The translations under genes and the position numbers were made by a program. A model generated the notes under the pieces. It saw only the letters and a program-made list of their open reading frames with translations. It was not told the DNA's origin and did no database searches. This document shows, piece by piece, positions 33,200 to 45,029 of a stretch of DNA of 45,029 nucleotides; the first letter of the stretch is position 1; each line of letters starts with the position of its first letter. The DNA is from Macrostomum lignano (taxonomy: Eukaryota). The DNA is taken from the NCBI GenBank assembly GCA_002269645.1, contig NIVC01003545.1:1-45029 (forward strand), in the 5' to 3' direction.

Positions 33200-33660
33200 C
33201 TAGTACTGCTGTTGTTTTTGTTGTTATTATTGTTGTTGGCTGTTACTGTTGTTGTTGTTGCTGTTGCTGCTGTTGTTTTAGTTTAGTTTTAGTTTTTAGC
33301 AAACTGGGAAGTCGCTCCATCCACCTCTCTAACTCTTTCCTTAAACTCCGCCCAGAGTTTTCGACCAGCGTCGGGGCTGCTGCACAGGTCTGCGAGGCAC
33401 GTGATACCGAGGATGCGGCGAGCCTTTTCTATCTTGTCGCACTCCAGAACCACGTGGGTGTTAGTCTCCGGTGCCCTCATACAGAGTGTGCAGGTATCGG
33501 AGTCGTCCAGGTCCAGCCGGTTAGCATAGGCTCTAAGACCTGTGTTGTGTCCTACTCTGAATTTGGTGTACTCAGCTCTCTCATACGCAGGCCACATGCA
33601 CTCCGTGCGGCAGTTTGGGCCGGTGGTTCCGTAGGTGTCCCGGGAGCGGTCATGGCTCCA
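33200..33660 (-). mobile_element. 5'-truncated non-LTR retrotransposon 3' end (C-terminal CCHC region) with (AAC)n-type tail
   Basis: KFRVGH...RAYANRL..DSDTCTLC...ETNTHVVLEC, stop at 33289, then an A-rich/(AAC)n tail to ~33200. Confidence 0.85.
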
Positions 33661-33985
33661 TTGTTGTTGTTGTTGCTGTTACTGTTGTTTTTGTTGTTTT
33701 TGTTGTTGTTTTTGTTGTTTTTGTTGCTGTTGTTGTTGTTGTTTTTGTTGTTTTTGTTGTCGTTGTTGTTATTGTTGTTTTTGTTGTTGTTGTTGTTGTT
33801 GTTGATACTACCTTCATCTTCCCGACTCTTCCGACGGTGGATGCTTCTTTAGCCACTCCCAGAACTCGAGAGCTTCCTTTGGCCGCGCGCTGAGGTCGTT
33901 CAGCCCTATCAGCCCCCACGTCCTCCTCTGGAGCTCCGTGGCCGCGCACACAAACAGGTGGTCCGTCAGTTGGGCTACTGCTATA
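33661..33985 (-). mobile_element. Second, related non-LTR retrotransposon 3' end with (AAC)n tail
   Basis: DHLFVCAATELQRRTWGLIGLNDLSARPKEALEFW aligns with THVVLECDKIEKARRILGITCLADLCSSPDAGRKLW of the neighbour. Stop at 33814, tail at 33661-33805. Confidence 0.7.
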
Positions 33986-35076
33986 ACATGTGTCACAATC
34001 GATAAAGTCGCTCTGGCTTTGACTGACTACTGTTAGTAGCTACAATGCACCGTGTAAAGATTTAGAACCGCATCATTAGAAGATCATGCTGCGGATAACT
34101 CCGTTGACAAAAGACGTCCTATTTGATATTTTTTATCCGAGCGAGCAGTTTGCACTTCAATGTTGTTTTCAAGTCGAGAGCGAATGCACTGCAGGGCAGC
34201 AGTGATGCAGCGCCCAAGCCAGGCGTGAGCAGCCCGCCTTTGTGCTCGCCATTATCTGAGCAGCATCGCTGCCTACCTACCTCACTCTGCATCAAGCTTT
34301 CATCCCTTCATATTTGCTGCCTGTTTCCATGCAGTGTCCAACTGCGTGGGGCAATCGAAATCCTGAGCACTTTTACCAACCGAGCAAGCTCAGGACCGTC
34401 TGCTCCGCTGCATGAGCACTTTTCCCCCCACCCGCTGGTCAATAAAGTCTTCTTCCGGGGATTTCGCTCCACCGCCGCAGCTCAAATATCCCGGCAGCTG
34501 AGCCGGTCTGGTCGGCGGGGGCAGACAAATTTTCATAAAACTGCGGACCGCGGGCTGCAGAATCCCCACCAGGATCGCACCGGGGGGAGGGGGTGGGCGG
34601 GGAGGTTCCAAATTTGGTCCGGCGGATGAGAATGGGATTTTGGGAATCGAGACTTGGGGCGAGCTGGGGAAGGGGGAACATGTGTGAGCAGGGCGGGAGC
34701 ATGACAAATTAAGATGGAGATTTGCAAACTCAAGCCGCTGAGCCGGAGCGACTTCCCGAACAGGGGCAGCTCTGAGAGGCCGGCTGAGCAGTCCCTGAGC
34801 AAGGCTTGAGCTATTTTTAGAGCTCATCTCGGTCCGAGAATAGCTGAGCTGCGCTGATGAGTGCGGAGTCATTCAGTGCTGCTGGAGCTGGGCCCTCAGC
34901 CATTCACTGCGGCCAGGGCTGGAGTGGCTTTGAGTGAGGCCCGGCTTTGACGGGTTCGGTGCGAAAGTCCTCGCAATAAGTCCCTTCTCACTCAGTCAGT
35001 TCAAGTGGCTTTTGGCGCTACAATGAGATTAGCAGCTGCTGATTCAGGTCAGTGGGGGCGAGTTCAGGGCGCCTGG

Positions 35077-35086
<10 letters not shown>

Positions 35087-35172
<86 letters not shown>

Positions 35173-35180
35173 GTCTGTCT
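35087..35180. repeat. (ATCT)n / GATA microsatellite
   Basis: About 21 ATCT units followed by GTCT units. Confidence 0.98.
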
Positions 35181-35559
35181 GGTGGAACTTTATTCCAGCT
35201 ATTGAGTGCAGCTCACCCAGACGGGCTGCCGCAATCGATCGTTCTCTGAGTTTTCTCCATCGCAGCCAGACTGACTGGCAGCCAAGTGGCTCATCCAGTT
35301 GCAGAGGCTATATTTAGCACACGGACATTGGTGTGGTAGCGATGCCCCTCCAGTTACGCTCTACCAACTCAGCGTGACGAAAATTCATGGAACAGTTTTG
35401 ATTTTGTTTGCATTTTTCTGCCCCTGTGAGAATTTGAATGAAGCGAGTTTCATGAAAATTCAAAGTCAGTTTAACATGGGTAAAACAGAGTTTGGAAGAT
35501 GATGGGAACAGGAATGCATTCAGATAATGAGTGAAAGCAAAGTACAACGATGGCAGAGG

Positions 35560-36035
35560 GAAGGCGAATCGCGAGATAAAGGGATAGACGATGAGAGGGA
35601 GATAGGAGAATGGCGAGTGAGAGCCTGAAACGGGAGAGACAGAAGAGAAGTGGAGAGTAGAAGGGAGGGAAAGAGGGAGAGTAGATTAAGGAGTGGAGAA
35701 CGATTTCAGAGGTTTAAGAGGGAGAGGGTTGGGAGATGGGGAGGAAGAGTGGACGAGATAGGGGGAGAGGGGAGAGAGGGGAAGAGAGATGGAGAGGGGG
35801 AGAGAGGGGAAGAGAGATGGAGAGGGGAGAGAGGGGAAGAGAGATGGAGAGGGGGAGAGAGGGGAAGAGGGAGGGAGAGGGGGAGAGAGGGGAGGGAGAG
35901 AGGGGAGGGAGAGAGGAGAGGGAGAGAGGAGAGGGACAGAGGGGAGGGACAGAGGGGAGGGAGAGAGGGGACGGAGAGAGGAGAGGGAGAGAGGAGAGGG
36001 ACAGAGGGGAGGGAGAGAGGGGAGGGGAGGGGCAG
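35560..36035. repeat. GA-rich polypurine low-complexity tract with short internal tandem units
   Basis: Almost pure A/G on the + strand. It explains the ERG/PLS ORFs. Confidence 0.92.
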
Positions 36036-36594
36036 GAGACAAAGCCACTCAGAGGCCGCAGTCTGCACAACAATGAATCGCAGTCCAAGCAGTGGCAGCC
36101 AAAATCTACCATAGGAGTCTCAATGCTGTTGTATATTCAGTATACTTTTCTCAATGTTGATGGCACAGCACAGTGGTTATAATTACACAGCACGGCTGTC
36201 ATCGAAGATATCTAATTAGAGCAGTGGCTCATTCTTCACTGAAGTTACCGAGGCGCAATGAAAAATAGTTTTGCAGAGAGCAGGGCAGAGAACGCACTCT
36301 GCAATATAGAGTGCTCTGAGCTGGGAGCTGACCGAGTGACCAGCGATTCGCTGCTTTCAATTTCAGCTGCTGCTACAAATTGGCTGCGGATTAGAGTAGT
36401 TTTAAGCCAACAGCAGTGCCAGGCACAGTTAGGGAGCCCTGGCAAACTTGGAAAACTAGTTATGGTAGCACAACTGCCGGGATCAGGCCACTGACGTCTC
36501 GCCACCCCACTGCAATGCAGGCAGTGCCAGTGGCATGAGCTGCAGGAGCTGCACCCGTCTCGGAAGTAAACAGAGGGTGCTGACTGATGGCTGG

Positions 36595-37020
36595 GTGACT
36601 GAGGGACTGTGAGAGTGACTGAGGGACTGTGAGAGTGACTGAGGGACTGTGAGAGTGACTGAGGGACTGTGAGAGTGACTGAGGGACTGTGAGAGTGACT
36701 GAGGGACTGTGAGAGTGACTGAGGGACTGTGAGAGTGACTGAGAGACTGTGAGAGTGACTGAGGGACTGTGAGAGTGACTGAGGGACTGTGAGAGTGACT
36801 GAGGGACTGTGAGAGTGACTGAGGGACTGTGAGAGTGACTGAGGGACTGTGAGAGTGACTGAGGGACTGTGAGAGTGACTGAGGGACTGTGAGAGTGACT
36901 GAGGGACTGTGAGAGTGACTGAGGGACTGTGAGAGTGACTGAGAGACTGTGAGAGTGACTGAGGGACTGTGAGAGTGACTGAGGGACTGTGAGAGTGACT
37001 GAGGGACTGTGAGAGTGACT
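36595..37020. repeat. Satellite C1 (20-bp unit GTGACTGAGGGACTGTGAGA), ~21 near-identical copies
   Basis: Directly visible. Confidence 0.98.
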
Positions 37021-40000
37021 GAGGGAAAGATGGAGAGACTAAGGGAAAGATACAGTGACTGAGGGAAAGATGCAGTGACTGAGGGAAAGATGCAGAGACT
37101 AAGGGAAAGATACAGTGACTGAGGGAAAGATGCAGTGACTGAGGGAAAGATGCAGTGACTGAGGGAAGATGCAGTGACTGAGGGAAAGATGCAGTGACTG
37201 AGGGAAAGATACAGTGACTGAGGGAAAGATGCAGTGACTAAGGGAAAGATGCAGAGACTAAGGGAAAGATGCAGTGACTGAGGGAAAGATACAGTGACTG
37301 AGGGAAAGATACAGTGACTGAAGGAAAGATGCAGTGACTGAGGGAAAGATGCAGTGACTGAGGGAAAGATGCAGTGACTGAGGGAAAGATGCAGTGACTG
37401 AGGGAAAGATACAGTGACTGAGGGAAGATGCAGTGACTGAGGGAAAGATGCAGTGACTGAGGGAAGATGCAGTGACTGAGGGAAAGATGCAGTGACTGAG
37501 GGAAAGATGCAGTAACTGAGGGAAAGATACAGTGACTGAGGGAAAGATGCAGTGACTGAGGGAAAGATGCAGTGACTGAGGGAAAGATGCAGTGACTGAG
37601 GGAAGATGCAGTGACTGAGGGAAAGATGCAGTGACTGAGGGAAAGATACAGTGACTGAAGGAAAGATGCAGTGACTAAGGGAAAGATGCAGAGACTAAGG
37701 GAAAGATGCAGTGACTGAGGGAAAGATACAGTGACTGAGGGAAAGATACAGTGACTGAAGGAAAGATACAGAGACTGAGGGAAAGATGCAGTGACTGAGG
37801 GAAAGATGCAGTGACTGAGGGAAAGATGCAGTGACTGAGGGAAAGATGCAGTGACTGAGGGAAGATGCAGTGACTGAGGGAAAGATGCAGTGACTGAGGG
37901 AAGATGCAGTGACTGAGGGAAAGATGCAGTGACTGAGGGAAAGATGCAGTAACTGAGGGAAAGATACAGTGACTGAGGGAAGATGCAGTGACTGAGGGAA
38001 AGATGCAGTGACTGAGGGAAAGATGCAGTGACTGAGGGAAAGATGCAGTGACTGAGGGAAAGATGCAGTGACTGAGGGAAAGATGCAGTGACTGAGGGAA
38101 AGATGCAGTGACTGAGGGAAAGATGCAGTAACTGAGGGAAAGATGCAGTGACTGAGGGAAAGATACAGTGACTGAGGGAAAGATACAGTGACTGAGGGAA
38201 AGGTGCAGTGACTGAGGGAAAGATACAGAGACTGAGGGAAAGATACAGTGACTGAGGGAAAGATGCAGTGACTAAGGGAAAGATGCAGTGACTGAGGGAA
38301 AGATGCAGTGACTGAGGGAAAGATGCAGTAACTGAGGGAAAGATGCAGTGACTGAGGGAAGATGCAGTGACTGAGGGAAAGATGCAGTGACTGAGGGAAA
38401 GATGCAGTGACTGAGGGAAAGATGCAGTGACTGAGGGAAAGATGCAGTGACTGAGGGAAAGATGCAGTGACTGAGGGAAGATGCAGTGACTGAGGGAAAG
38501 ATGCAGTGACTGAGGGAAAGATGCAGTGACTGAGGGAAGATGCAGTGACTGAGGGAAAGATGCAGTAACTGAGGGAAGATGCAGTGACTGAGGGAAAGAT
38601 GCAGTGACTGAGGGAAAGATGCAGTGACTGAGGGAAAGATGCAGTGACTGAGGGAAGATGCAGTGACTGAGGGAAAGATGCAGTGACTGAGGGAAAGATG
38701 CAGTGACTGAGGGAAAGATGCAGTGACTGAGGGAAAGATGCAGTGACTGAGGGAAAGATGCAGTGACTGAGGGAAAGATGCAGTAACTGAGGGAAAGATA
38801 CAGTGACTGAGGGAAGATGCAGTGACTGAGGGAAAGATGCAGTGACTGAGGGAAAGATGCAGTGACTGAGGGAAAGATACAGTGACTGAGGGAAAGATGC
38901 AGTGACTGAGGGAAAGATGCAGTGACTGAGGGAAAGATGCAGTGACTGAGGGAAAGATGCAGTAACTGAGGGAAAGATGCAGTGACTGAGGGAAAGATAC
39001 AGTGACTGAGGGAAAGATACAGTGACTGAGGGAAAGGTGCAGTGACTGAGGGAAAGATACAGAGACTGAGGGAAAGATACAGTGACTGAGGGAAAGATAC
39101 AGTGACTAAGGGAAAGATGCAGTGACTGAGGGAAAGATGCAGTGACTGAGGGAAAGATGCAGTAACTGAGGGAAAGATGCAGTAACTGAGGGAAAGATAC
39201 AGTGACTGAGGGAAAGATGCAGTGACTGAGGGAAGATGCAGTGACTGAGGGAAAGATGCAGTGACTGAGGGAAAGATGCAGTGACTGAGGGAAAGATGCA
39301 GTAACTGAGGGAAAGATGCAGTGACTGAGGGAAAGATACAGTGACTGAGGGAAAGATACAGTGACTGAGGGAAAGGTGCAGTGACTGAGGGAAAGATACA
39401 GAGACTGAGGGAAAGATGCAGTGACTGAGGGAAAGATGCAGTAACTGAGGGAAAGATGCAGTAACTGAGGGAAAGATACAGTGACTGAGGGAAAGATGCA
39501 GTGACTGAGGGAAGATGCAGTGACTGAGGGAAAGATGCAATGACTGAGGGAAAGATGCAGTGACTGAGGGAAAGATGCAGTAACTGAGGGAAAGATGCAG
39601 TGACTGAGGGAAAGATACAGTGACTGAGGGAAAGATACAGTGACTGAGGGAAAGGTGCAGTGACTGAGGGAAAGATACAGAGACTGAGGGAAAGATACAG
39701 TGACTGAGGGAAAGATACAGTGACTAAGGGAAAGATGCAGTGACTGAGGGAAAGATGCAGTGACTGAGGGAAAGATGCAGTAACTGAGGGAAAGATGCAG
39801 TAACTGAGGGAAAGATACAGTGACTGAGGGAAAGATGCAGTGACTGAGGGAAGATGCAGTGACTGAGGGAAAGATGCAGTGACTGAGGGAAAGATGCAGT
39901 GACTGAGGGAAAGATGCAGTAACTGAGGGAAAGATGCAGTGACTGAGGGAAAGATACAGTGACTGAGGGAAAGATACAGTGACTGAGGGAAAGGAGCAGT

Positions 40001-43000
40001 GACTGAGGGAAAGATACAGTGACTGAGGGAAAGATACAGAGACTGAGGGAAAGATACAGTGACTGAGGGAAAGATACAGTGACTAAGGGAAAGATGCAGT
40101 GACTGAGGGAAAGATGCAGAGACTAAGGGAAAGATACAGTGACTAAGGGAAAGATACAGTGACTGAGGGAAAGGTGCAGTGACTGAGGGAAAGATACAGT
40201 GATTGAGGGAAAGATACAGTGACTGAGGGAAAGATGCAGTGACTGAGGGAAAGATGCAGTGACTGAGGGAAAGATGCAGTAACTGAGGGAAAGATGCAGT
40301 GACTGAGGGAAAGATACAGTGACTGAGGGAAAGATACAGTGACTGAGGGAAAGGTGCAGTGACTGAGGGAAAGATACAGAGACTGAGGGAAAGATACAGT
40401 GACTGAGGGAAAGATACAGTGACTAAGGGAAAGATGCAGTGACTGAGGGAAAGATGCAGAGACTAAGGGAAAGATACAGTGACTAAGGGAAAGATACAGT
40501 GACTGAGGGAAAGGTGCAGTGACTGAGGGAAAGATACAGTGATTGAGGGAAAGATACAGTGACTGAGGGAAAGGTGCAGTGACTGAGGGAAAGATACAGA
40601 GACTGAGGGAAAGATACAGTGACTAAGGGAAAGATGCAGTGACTGAGGGAAAGATGCAGAGACTAAGGGAAAGATACAGTGACTAAGGGAAAGATACAGT
40701 GACTGAGGGAAAGGTGCAGTGACTGAGGGAAAGATACAGTGATTGAGGGAAAGATACAGTGACTGAGGGAAAGATGCAGTGACTGAGGGAAAGATGCAGT
40801 GACTGAGGGAAAGATGCAGTAACTGAGGGAAAGATGCAGTGACTGAGGGAAAGATACAGTGACTGAGGGAAAGATACAGTGATTGAGGGAAAGATACAGT
40901 GACTGAGGGAAAGATGCAGTGACTGAGGGAAAGATGCAGTGACTGAGGGAAAGATGCAGAGACTAAGGGAAAGATGCAGTGACTGAGGGAAAGATACAGT
41001 GACTGAGGGAAAGATACAGTGACTGAGGGAAAGGTGCAGTGACTGAGGGAAAGATACAGAGACTGAGGGAAAGATACAGTGACTGAGGGAAAGATACAGT
41101 GACTAAGGGAAAGATGCAGTGACTGAGGGAAAGATGCAGAGACTAAGGGAAAGATACAGTGACTAAGGGAAAGATACAGTGACTGAGGGAAAGATGCAGT
41201 GACTGAGGGAAAGATGCAGTGACTGAGGGAAAGATGCAGTAACTGAGGGAAAGATGCAGTGACTGAGGGAAAGATACAGTGACTGAGGGAAAGATACAGT
41301 GACTGAGGGAAAGGTGCAGTGACTGAGGGAAAGATACAGAGACTGAGGGAAAGATACTGTGACTAAGGGAAAGATGCAGTGACTGAGGGAAAGATGCAGA
41401 GACTAAGGGAAAGATACAGTGACTAAGGGAAAGATACAGTGACTGAGGGAAAGGTGCAGTGACTGAGGGAAAGATACAGTGATTGAGGGAAAGATACAGT
41501 GACTGAGGGAAAGATGCAGTGACTGAGGGAAAGATGCAGTGACTGAGGGAAAGATGCAGTAACTGAGGGAAGATGCAGTGACTGAGGGAAAGATACAGTG
41601 ACTGAGGGAAAGATACAGTGACTGAGGGAAAGATGCAGTGACTGAGGGAAAGATGCAGAGACTAAGGGAAAGATACAGTGACTAAGGGAAAGATACAGTG
41701 ACTGAGGGAAAGGTGCAGTGACTGAGGGAAAGATACAGTGATTGAGGGAAAGATACAGTGACTGAGGAAAGATGCAGTGACTGAGGGAAAATGGAGTGAC
41801 TGAGGGAAAGATGCAGTGACTGAGGGAAAGATACAGTGACTGAGGGAAAGATACAGTGACTGAGGGAAAGGTGCAGTGACTGAGGGAAAGATACAGAGAC
41901 TGAGGGAAAGATACAGTGACTAAGGGAAAGATGCAGTGACTGAGGGAAAGATACAGTGACTGAGGGAAAGATACAGTGACTAAGGGAAAGATACAGTGAC
42001 TGAGGGAAGATGCAGTGACTGAGGGAAAGATACAGTGATTGAGGGAAAGATACAGTGACTGAGGGAAAGATGCAGTGACTGAGGGAAAATGGAGTGACTG
42101 AGGGAAAGATGCAGTGACTGAGGGAAAGATACAGTGACTGAGGGAAAGATACAGTGACTGAGGGAAAGATACAGAGACTGAGGGAAAGATACAGTGACTG
42201 AGGGAAAGATACAGTGACTGAGGGAAAGGTGCAGTGACTGAGGGAAAGATACAGAGACTGAGGGAAAGATACAGTGACTGAGGGAAAGATACAGTGACTA
42301 AGGGAAAGATGCAGTGACTGAGGGAAAGATGCAGAGACTAAGGGAAAGATACAGTGACTGAGGGAAAGATACAGTGACTGAGGGAAAGGTGCAGTGACTG
42401 AGGGAAAGATACAGAGACTGAGGGAAAGATGCAGTGACTGAGGGAAAATGGAGTGACTGAGGGAAAGATGCAGTGACTGAGGGAAAGATACAGTGACTGA
42501 GGAAAGATGCAGTGACTAAGGGAAAGATGCAGAGACTAAGGGAAAGATACAGTGACTGAGGGAAAGATACAGTGACTGAGGGAAAGATGCAGTGACTGAG
42601 GGAAAGATGCAGAGACTAAGGGAAAGATGCAGAGACTAAGGGAAAGATACAGTGACTGAGGGAAAGATACAGTGACTGAGGGAAAGATACAGAGACTGAG
42701 GGAAAGATGCAGTGATTGAGGGAAAGATGCAGTGACTGAGGGAAAGATGCAGTGACTGAGGGAAAGATACAGAGACTGAGGGAAAGATGCAGTGACTGAG
42801 GGAAAATGGAGTGACTGAGGGAAAGATGCAGTGACTGAGGGAAAGATACAGTGACTGAGGGAAAGATGCAGTGACTAAGGGAAAGATGCAGAGACTAAGG
42901 GAAAGATACAGTGACTGAGGGAAAGATACAGTGACTGAGGGAAAGATGCAGTGACTGAGGGAAAGATGCAGTAACTGAGGGAAAGATGCAGAGACTAAGG

Positions 43001-43576
43001 GAAAGATGCAGAGACTAAGGGAAAGATACAGTGACTGAGGGAAAGATACAGTGACTGAGGGAAAGATACAGTGACTGAGGGAAAGATGCAGTGATTGAGG
43101 GAAAGATGCAGTGACTGAGGGAAAGATGCAGTGACTGAGGGAAAGATACAGAGACTGAGGGAAAGATGCAGTGACTGAGGGAAAGATGCAGTGACTGAGG
43201 GAAAGATGCAGTGACTGAGGGAAAGATGCAGTGACTGAGGGAAAATGCAGTGACTGAGGGAAAGATGCAGTGACTGAGGGAAAGATGCTGTGACTGAGGG
43301 AAGATGCAGTGACTGAGGGAAAGATGCTGTGACTGAGGGAAAGATGCAGTGACTGAGGGAAAGATGCAGTAACTGAGGGAAGATGCAGTGACTGAGGGAA
43401 AGATGCAGTGACTGAGGGAAAGATGCAGTGACTGAGGGAAAGATACAGAGACTGAGGGAAAGATGGAGTGACTGAGGGAAAGATGCAGTAACTGAGGGAA
43501 AGATACAGAGACTGAGGGAAAGATGCAATGACTGAGGGAAAGATGCAGTGACTGAGGGAAAGATGCAGTAACTGAG
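37021..43576. repeat. Satellite C2 (20-bp unit GAGGGAAAGATGCAGTGACT), ~330 copies
   Basis: Directly visible, with variant monomers arranged in recurring blocks. Confidence 0.99.
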
Positions 43577-43589
43577 GAGGAAGATGTAC

Positions 43590-43923
43590 ACGCAGCCAGC
43601 ATCCTCCAGCCCCATCCTCTGCAGGTAGTGGAGTGAGGAGTCGCTATGTCGCAGACCCTGCAGCCCACCAACTGGCACTGAATAGCAAATCAGATGGGGT
43701 GCGGGAGACGCAGTTAATGGGGCGACAGAAAGGCTGGCAGCCGTTATTAATTATTTATTTAACCGCCTTTGGAACAAATTCAGTGCGCATTTTCCCTATT
43801 GGGGCTCTTTGAGCAGTTTTTTACAGAAAGAAGAAGTGCCAACCTGCCCGCGGATTCTGGGGCTTGAGGATGTTGAACGGCAACACATCTACCCTCAGAT
43901 GCCGGTTCGAGGACAGATATAAA
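43590..43923 (-). CDS. Two putative exons (~43923-43844 and 43677-~43590) of an unidentified gene embedded in satellite C
   Basis: Unique-sequence island. LYLSSNRHLRVDVLPFNILKPQNPRA G|GTTGGC ... TTGCTATTCAG| joins in phase 1 to VPVGGLQGLRHSDSSLHYLQRMGLEDAG. No family recognised. Confidence 0.35.
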
Positions 43924-43949
43924 CTTGAGTGACAGAGCGAGTGATGGAG

Positions 43950-44895
43950 TGACTGAGGGAAATATGGAGAGACTGAATGAACCAGAGAGAGAGTGACTAG
44001 GACATTGACTGAGGGAAAGATGCAGTGACTGAGGGAAAGATGCAGTGACTGAGGGAAAGATGCAATGACTGAGGGAAAGATGCAGTGACTGAGGGAAAGA
44101 TGCAATGACTGAGGGAAAGATGCAATGACTGAGGGAAAGATGCAGTGACTGAGGGAAGATGCAGTGACTGAGGGAAAGATGCAATGACTGAGGGAAAGAT
44201 GCAGTGACTGAGGGAAGATGCAGTGACTGAGGGAAAGATGCAATGACTGAGGGAAAGATGCAGTGACTGAGGGAAAGAGTGACTGAGGGAAAGATGCAGT
44301 GACTGAGGGAAAGATGCAGTGACTGAGGGAAAGATGCAGTGACTGAGGGAAAGATGCAGTGACTGAGGGAAAGATGCAGTGACTGAGGGAAAGATGCAGT
44401 GACTGAGGGAAAGATGCAGTGACTGAGGGAAAAAAGTGACTGAGGGAAAGATGCAGTGACTGAGGGAAAGATGCAGTGACTGAGGGAAAGATGCAGTGAC
44501 TGAGGGAAAGATGCAGTGACTGAGGGAAAGATGCAGTGACTGAGGGAAAGATGGCAGTGACTGAGGGAAAGATGCATGACTGAGGGAAAGATGCAGTGAC
44601 TGAGGGAAAGATGCAGTGACTGAGGGAAAGATGCAGTGACTGAGGGAAAGATGCAGTGACTGAGGGAAAGATGCAGTGACTGAGGGAAAGATACAGTGAC
44701 TGAGGGAAAGATGCAGTGACTGAGGGAAAGATGCAATGACTGAGGAAGATGCAATGACTGAGGAAAGATGCAGTGACTGAGGGAAAGATGCTGTGACTGA
44801 GGAAAGATGCAGTGACTGAGGGAAGATGCTGTGACTGAGGGAAAGATGCAATGACTGAGGGAAAGATGCAGTGACTGAGGGAAAGACGGAATGAC
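43950..44895. repeat. Satellite C2, second array
   Basis: Same 20-bp unit. Confidence 0.98.
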
Positions 44896-44912
44896 TGAAG
44901 TGACGGAATGGA

Positions 44913-45029
44913 GGCCCTGAGAAGTGAGCACTGAGACAGCAGTGGAGAAGAGCTGAGGCCCGAGAAGTGAGCACTGAGACAGCAGTGGAGAAGAGCTGAG
45001 GCCCTGAGAAGTGAGCACTGAAGACAGCA
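44913..45029. repeat. ~44-bp tandem repeat (GGCCCTGAGAAGTGAGCACTGAGACAGCAGTGGAGAAGAGCTGA), running to the window end
   Basis: About 2.7 copies visible. Confidence 0.9.

Noticed and set aside
33181-33949. Poly-C/L/V/T ORFs
   Set aside because: They come from the (TTG)n/(AAC)n tails of the LINE fragments.
35650-36182. ERG-rich and PLS-rich ORFs
   Set aside because: Low-complexity GA tract.
39106-45018. Long SLSHCIFPQ-type ORFs (140-412 aa)
   Set aside because: Read-through of the 20-bp satellite C. Only the unique island at 43590-43923 is a candidate exon region.

Overview
Repeat-rich metazoan genomic DNA with spliceosomal introns and no prokaryotic features. Composition, satellites and retroelement types recall the flatworm Macrostomum, but that is my inference only. 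More than 40% of the window is tandem repeat. Main content: (1) a minus-strand DEG/ENaC channel gene (~3998-5890) with three frameshifts, a probable GC-AG intron and a Cys-poor thumb. (2) A segmental duplication (~7950-16190 and ~20140-33100). Each copy carries an intact two-exon gene for an unassigned ~790-aa helical protein. The 202/205-aa and 602/604-aa ORFs join through phase-matched splice sites across a 4-6 kb satellite-filled intron. The protein has a degenerate J-domain-like HPD segment and the paralogs diverge in patches. (3) Mobile element debris: an RTE-type RT fragment interrupted by a CCGG-flanked minisatellite, two tandem LINE 3' ends with (AAC)n tails, several TIR/foldback elements, a tRNA-derived SINE and a possible Helitron 3' end. 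(4) Three large satellites (29-33 bp A, 20 bp B, 20 bp C) with higher-order structure, plus microsatellites. (5) Weak evidence for scattered exons of another minus-strand gene at 34.4-43.9 kb. No rRNA, intact tRNA or CRISPR array was seen.
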